Below are positions 32,070 through 33,052 of a DNA stretch of 33,052 nucleotides, in pieces (positions within the stretch are counted from its first letter, which is position 1; the number at the start of each line of letters is the position of its first letter). The DNA is taken from the IMG/VR virus record IMGVR_UViG_3300045988_025843, positions 1 to 33,052 of that record, one strand, 5' to 3'. Position numbers and translations under genes: made by a program. The DNA is from a virus. The notes beneath the pieces are model-generated. The model was not told the origin of the DNA, did no database searches, and saw only the letters and a list, made by a program, of their open reading frames with translations.

Positions 32070-33038
32070 ATGCAATTTAAAAAGCTTAGAATTATTCAAG
32101 CCGGGTTAACGACCAACTTTGGGGTGTACGATGGTGTGGAATACCCCCTTTCGATTACGGACGCGGCAGTTAAAAGCGTTGTAGCGCTCGGAAACCTTAA
32201 GCCCGTCCATTGCAGACGTACCCACAACGGCAGCGATATGCTGGACGGGTATTTAGGCAAGTTTACGAACTTCGTTTACGAGAATGGCGCAGCCTTTGCC
32301 GATTTCGAGATATCCGAAGCACTTGAGACCGCTTACCCCAACGAGGCGAAGTTTATCGAAACCATGATAGAAAAAGAACCCGATATGCTGGGTGTTTCTG
32401 TAGTTGGTTACAATTCGGTAGAATTGAATGACGGTATTCTTGAAGTTACCGAGTTTGTGGAATTGTATTCATGTGATTTAGTGGGGCTTCCAGCCGCCAC
32501 GGAAAGCCTTTTTAATAACAATAAAACAGAGAAAAAAATGAACAAATTTTTCAGCTCGTTTGCAAATCTGTTCCAAAAGACGCAGTTTGCAACGGAAACA
32601 GTAGAAACCGTGGACGGTAGTATCATTACTATCGAGGCGGCTGGTGAGGTGATGGCTATCGGTGATAAGGTCTTTGATAGCGAAGGCAACGTTCACCCGG
32701 ACGGTGAGGTAAAAATTCAAGTCGAGGGAGGTATTTTGGTTATCACTATCGAAAACGGTGTGATTACCGAGGTTAAGCCCTACGAGGCAGAAGAACCCGA
32801 AACGGCAGAAGAACCCGAAACGGCAGCAGTACCCGAAGAATTCGCAAACCGTATCGCAGCACTTGAGACATCTATCGCAACGTTGACCGCCTCGGTGGCA
32901 GCGATGACCGCACAGTTTAGCCGTGCAACAGCGAAACCCGGTGTCCCCCCGGTAAACATTCCAAAGGACAGAAAGAAAGAAACAGCCCTTAGCCGAGACG
33001 CGGTAGCCGAAGCGGCAAAGAGATTTTACAAAAAATAA
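32070..33038 (+). CDS. Prohead protease / scaffold fusion (start revised from 32013)
   Basis: The N-terminal domain ends in ELYSCDLVGLPAATES, which resembles the L-x-E-V-S-L-V-x-x-P-A end of S78/U35 prohead proteases. The C-terminal part is acidic and coiled-coil (AEEPETAEEPET, IAALETSIATLTASVAAMTAQF), as in scaffolds. It lies directly before the capsid gene. Confidence 0.55.
   Translation: MQFKKLRIIQAGLTTNFGVYDGVEYPLSITDAAVKSVVALGNLKPVHCRRTHNGSDMLDGYLGKFTNFVYENGAAFADFEISEALETAYPNEAKFIETMIEKEPDMLGVSVVGYNSVELNDGILEVTEFVELYSCDLVGLPAATESLFNNNKTEKKMNKFFSSFANLFQKTQFATETVETVDGSIITIEAAGEVMAIGDKVFDSEGNVHPDGEVKIQVEGGILVITIENGVITEVKPYEAEEPETAEEPETAAVPEEFANRIAALETSIATLTASVAAMTAQFSRATAKPGVPPVNIPKDRKKETALSRDAVAEAAKRFYKK
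32787..32822 (+). repeat. 18-nt tandem duplication (GCAGAAGAACCCGAAACG x2) inside the scaffold region
   Basis: Read directly from the sequence. It encodes AEEPET x2. Confidence 0.9.
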
Positions 33039-33052
33039 CAAACAAAAAAAAT
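32954..33052. repeat. Terminal overlap partner of 1-99
   Basis: Exact 99-nt identity with the start of the window. Confidence 0.95.

Noticed and set aside
1-33052. Signs of lysogeny or a mobile element: integrase, repressor/Cro switch, att sites, transposase, or a DGR reverse transcriptase.
   Set aside because: No ORF has integrase, recombinase, transposase or reverse transcriptase motifs. All genes are co-oriented. The repeated elements are not associated with any recombinase. The genome is most simply read as that of a virulent phage, or at least a non-integrating one.

Overview
The window appears to be one complete, circularly closed dsDNA tailed-phage genome. The first 99 nt (1-99) are identical to the last 99 nt (32954-33052), giving a unit length of about 32,953 bp. 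About 44 genes can be supported, and all are on the + strand. No integrase, tRNA, rRNA, CRISPR array or transposase was seen. Intergenic regions carry many Bacteroidota-type promoters (-7 box TAnnTTTG), and start codons follow A-rich leaders without Shine-Dalgarno sequences, so a Bacteroidota host is likely (inference). Four blocks can be read from the sequence. (1) A late packaging, virion and lysis block runs from 23200 across the junction to 6264. It holds terS, terL, tail-like proteins, an 834-aa tape-measure-like protein, a protease/scaffold fusion, the major capsid protein, three tandem paralogs, a portal candidate, a holin-like protein, a GH108 endolysin and a spanin-like protein. (2) A replication block (6973-16111) holds a Cas4-like PD-(D/E)XK nuclease, a DUF2815-type SSB, a metallophosphoesterase, a family A DNA polymerase and a primase/helicase. 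(3) A block of small unknown genes (16530-22522) also holds VRR-NUC, a Dam-like methyltransferase and an SNF2 helicase. (4) Three unusually large non-coding regions lie at 6265-6972, 16112-16529 and 22523-23199. The most interesting content is non-coding. (a) A promoter-driven tandem two-hairpin RNA occurs at two loci (about 6666-6872 and 16241-16450) that bracket the replication module, and its stems are supported by several compensatory base changes. (b) A roughly 210-bp element packed with the octamer CTGTGCAG/CTGCACAG plus a position-conserved hairpin occurs twice (6319-6538 and 22688-22892), at the two early/late junctions. (c) A phage-specific promoter cassette (A/C)CAAC-N16-TAnnTTTG is repeated seven times. 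(d) GATC is strongly depleted (about 7 sites) although a Dam-class methyltransferase is encoded. All family assignments come from motif recognition by eye and memory; no searches were run.
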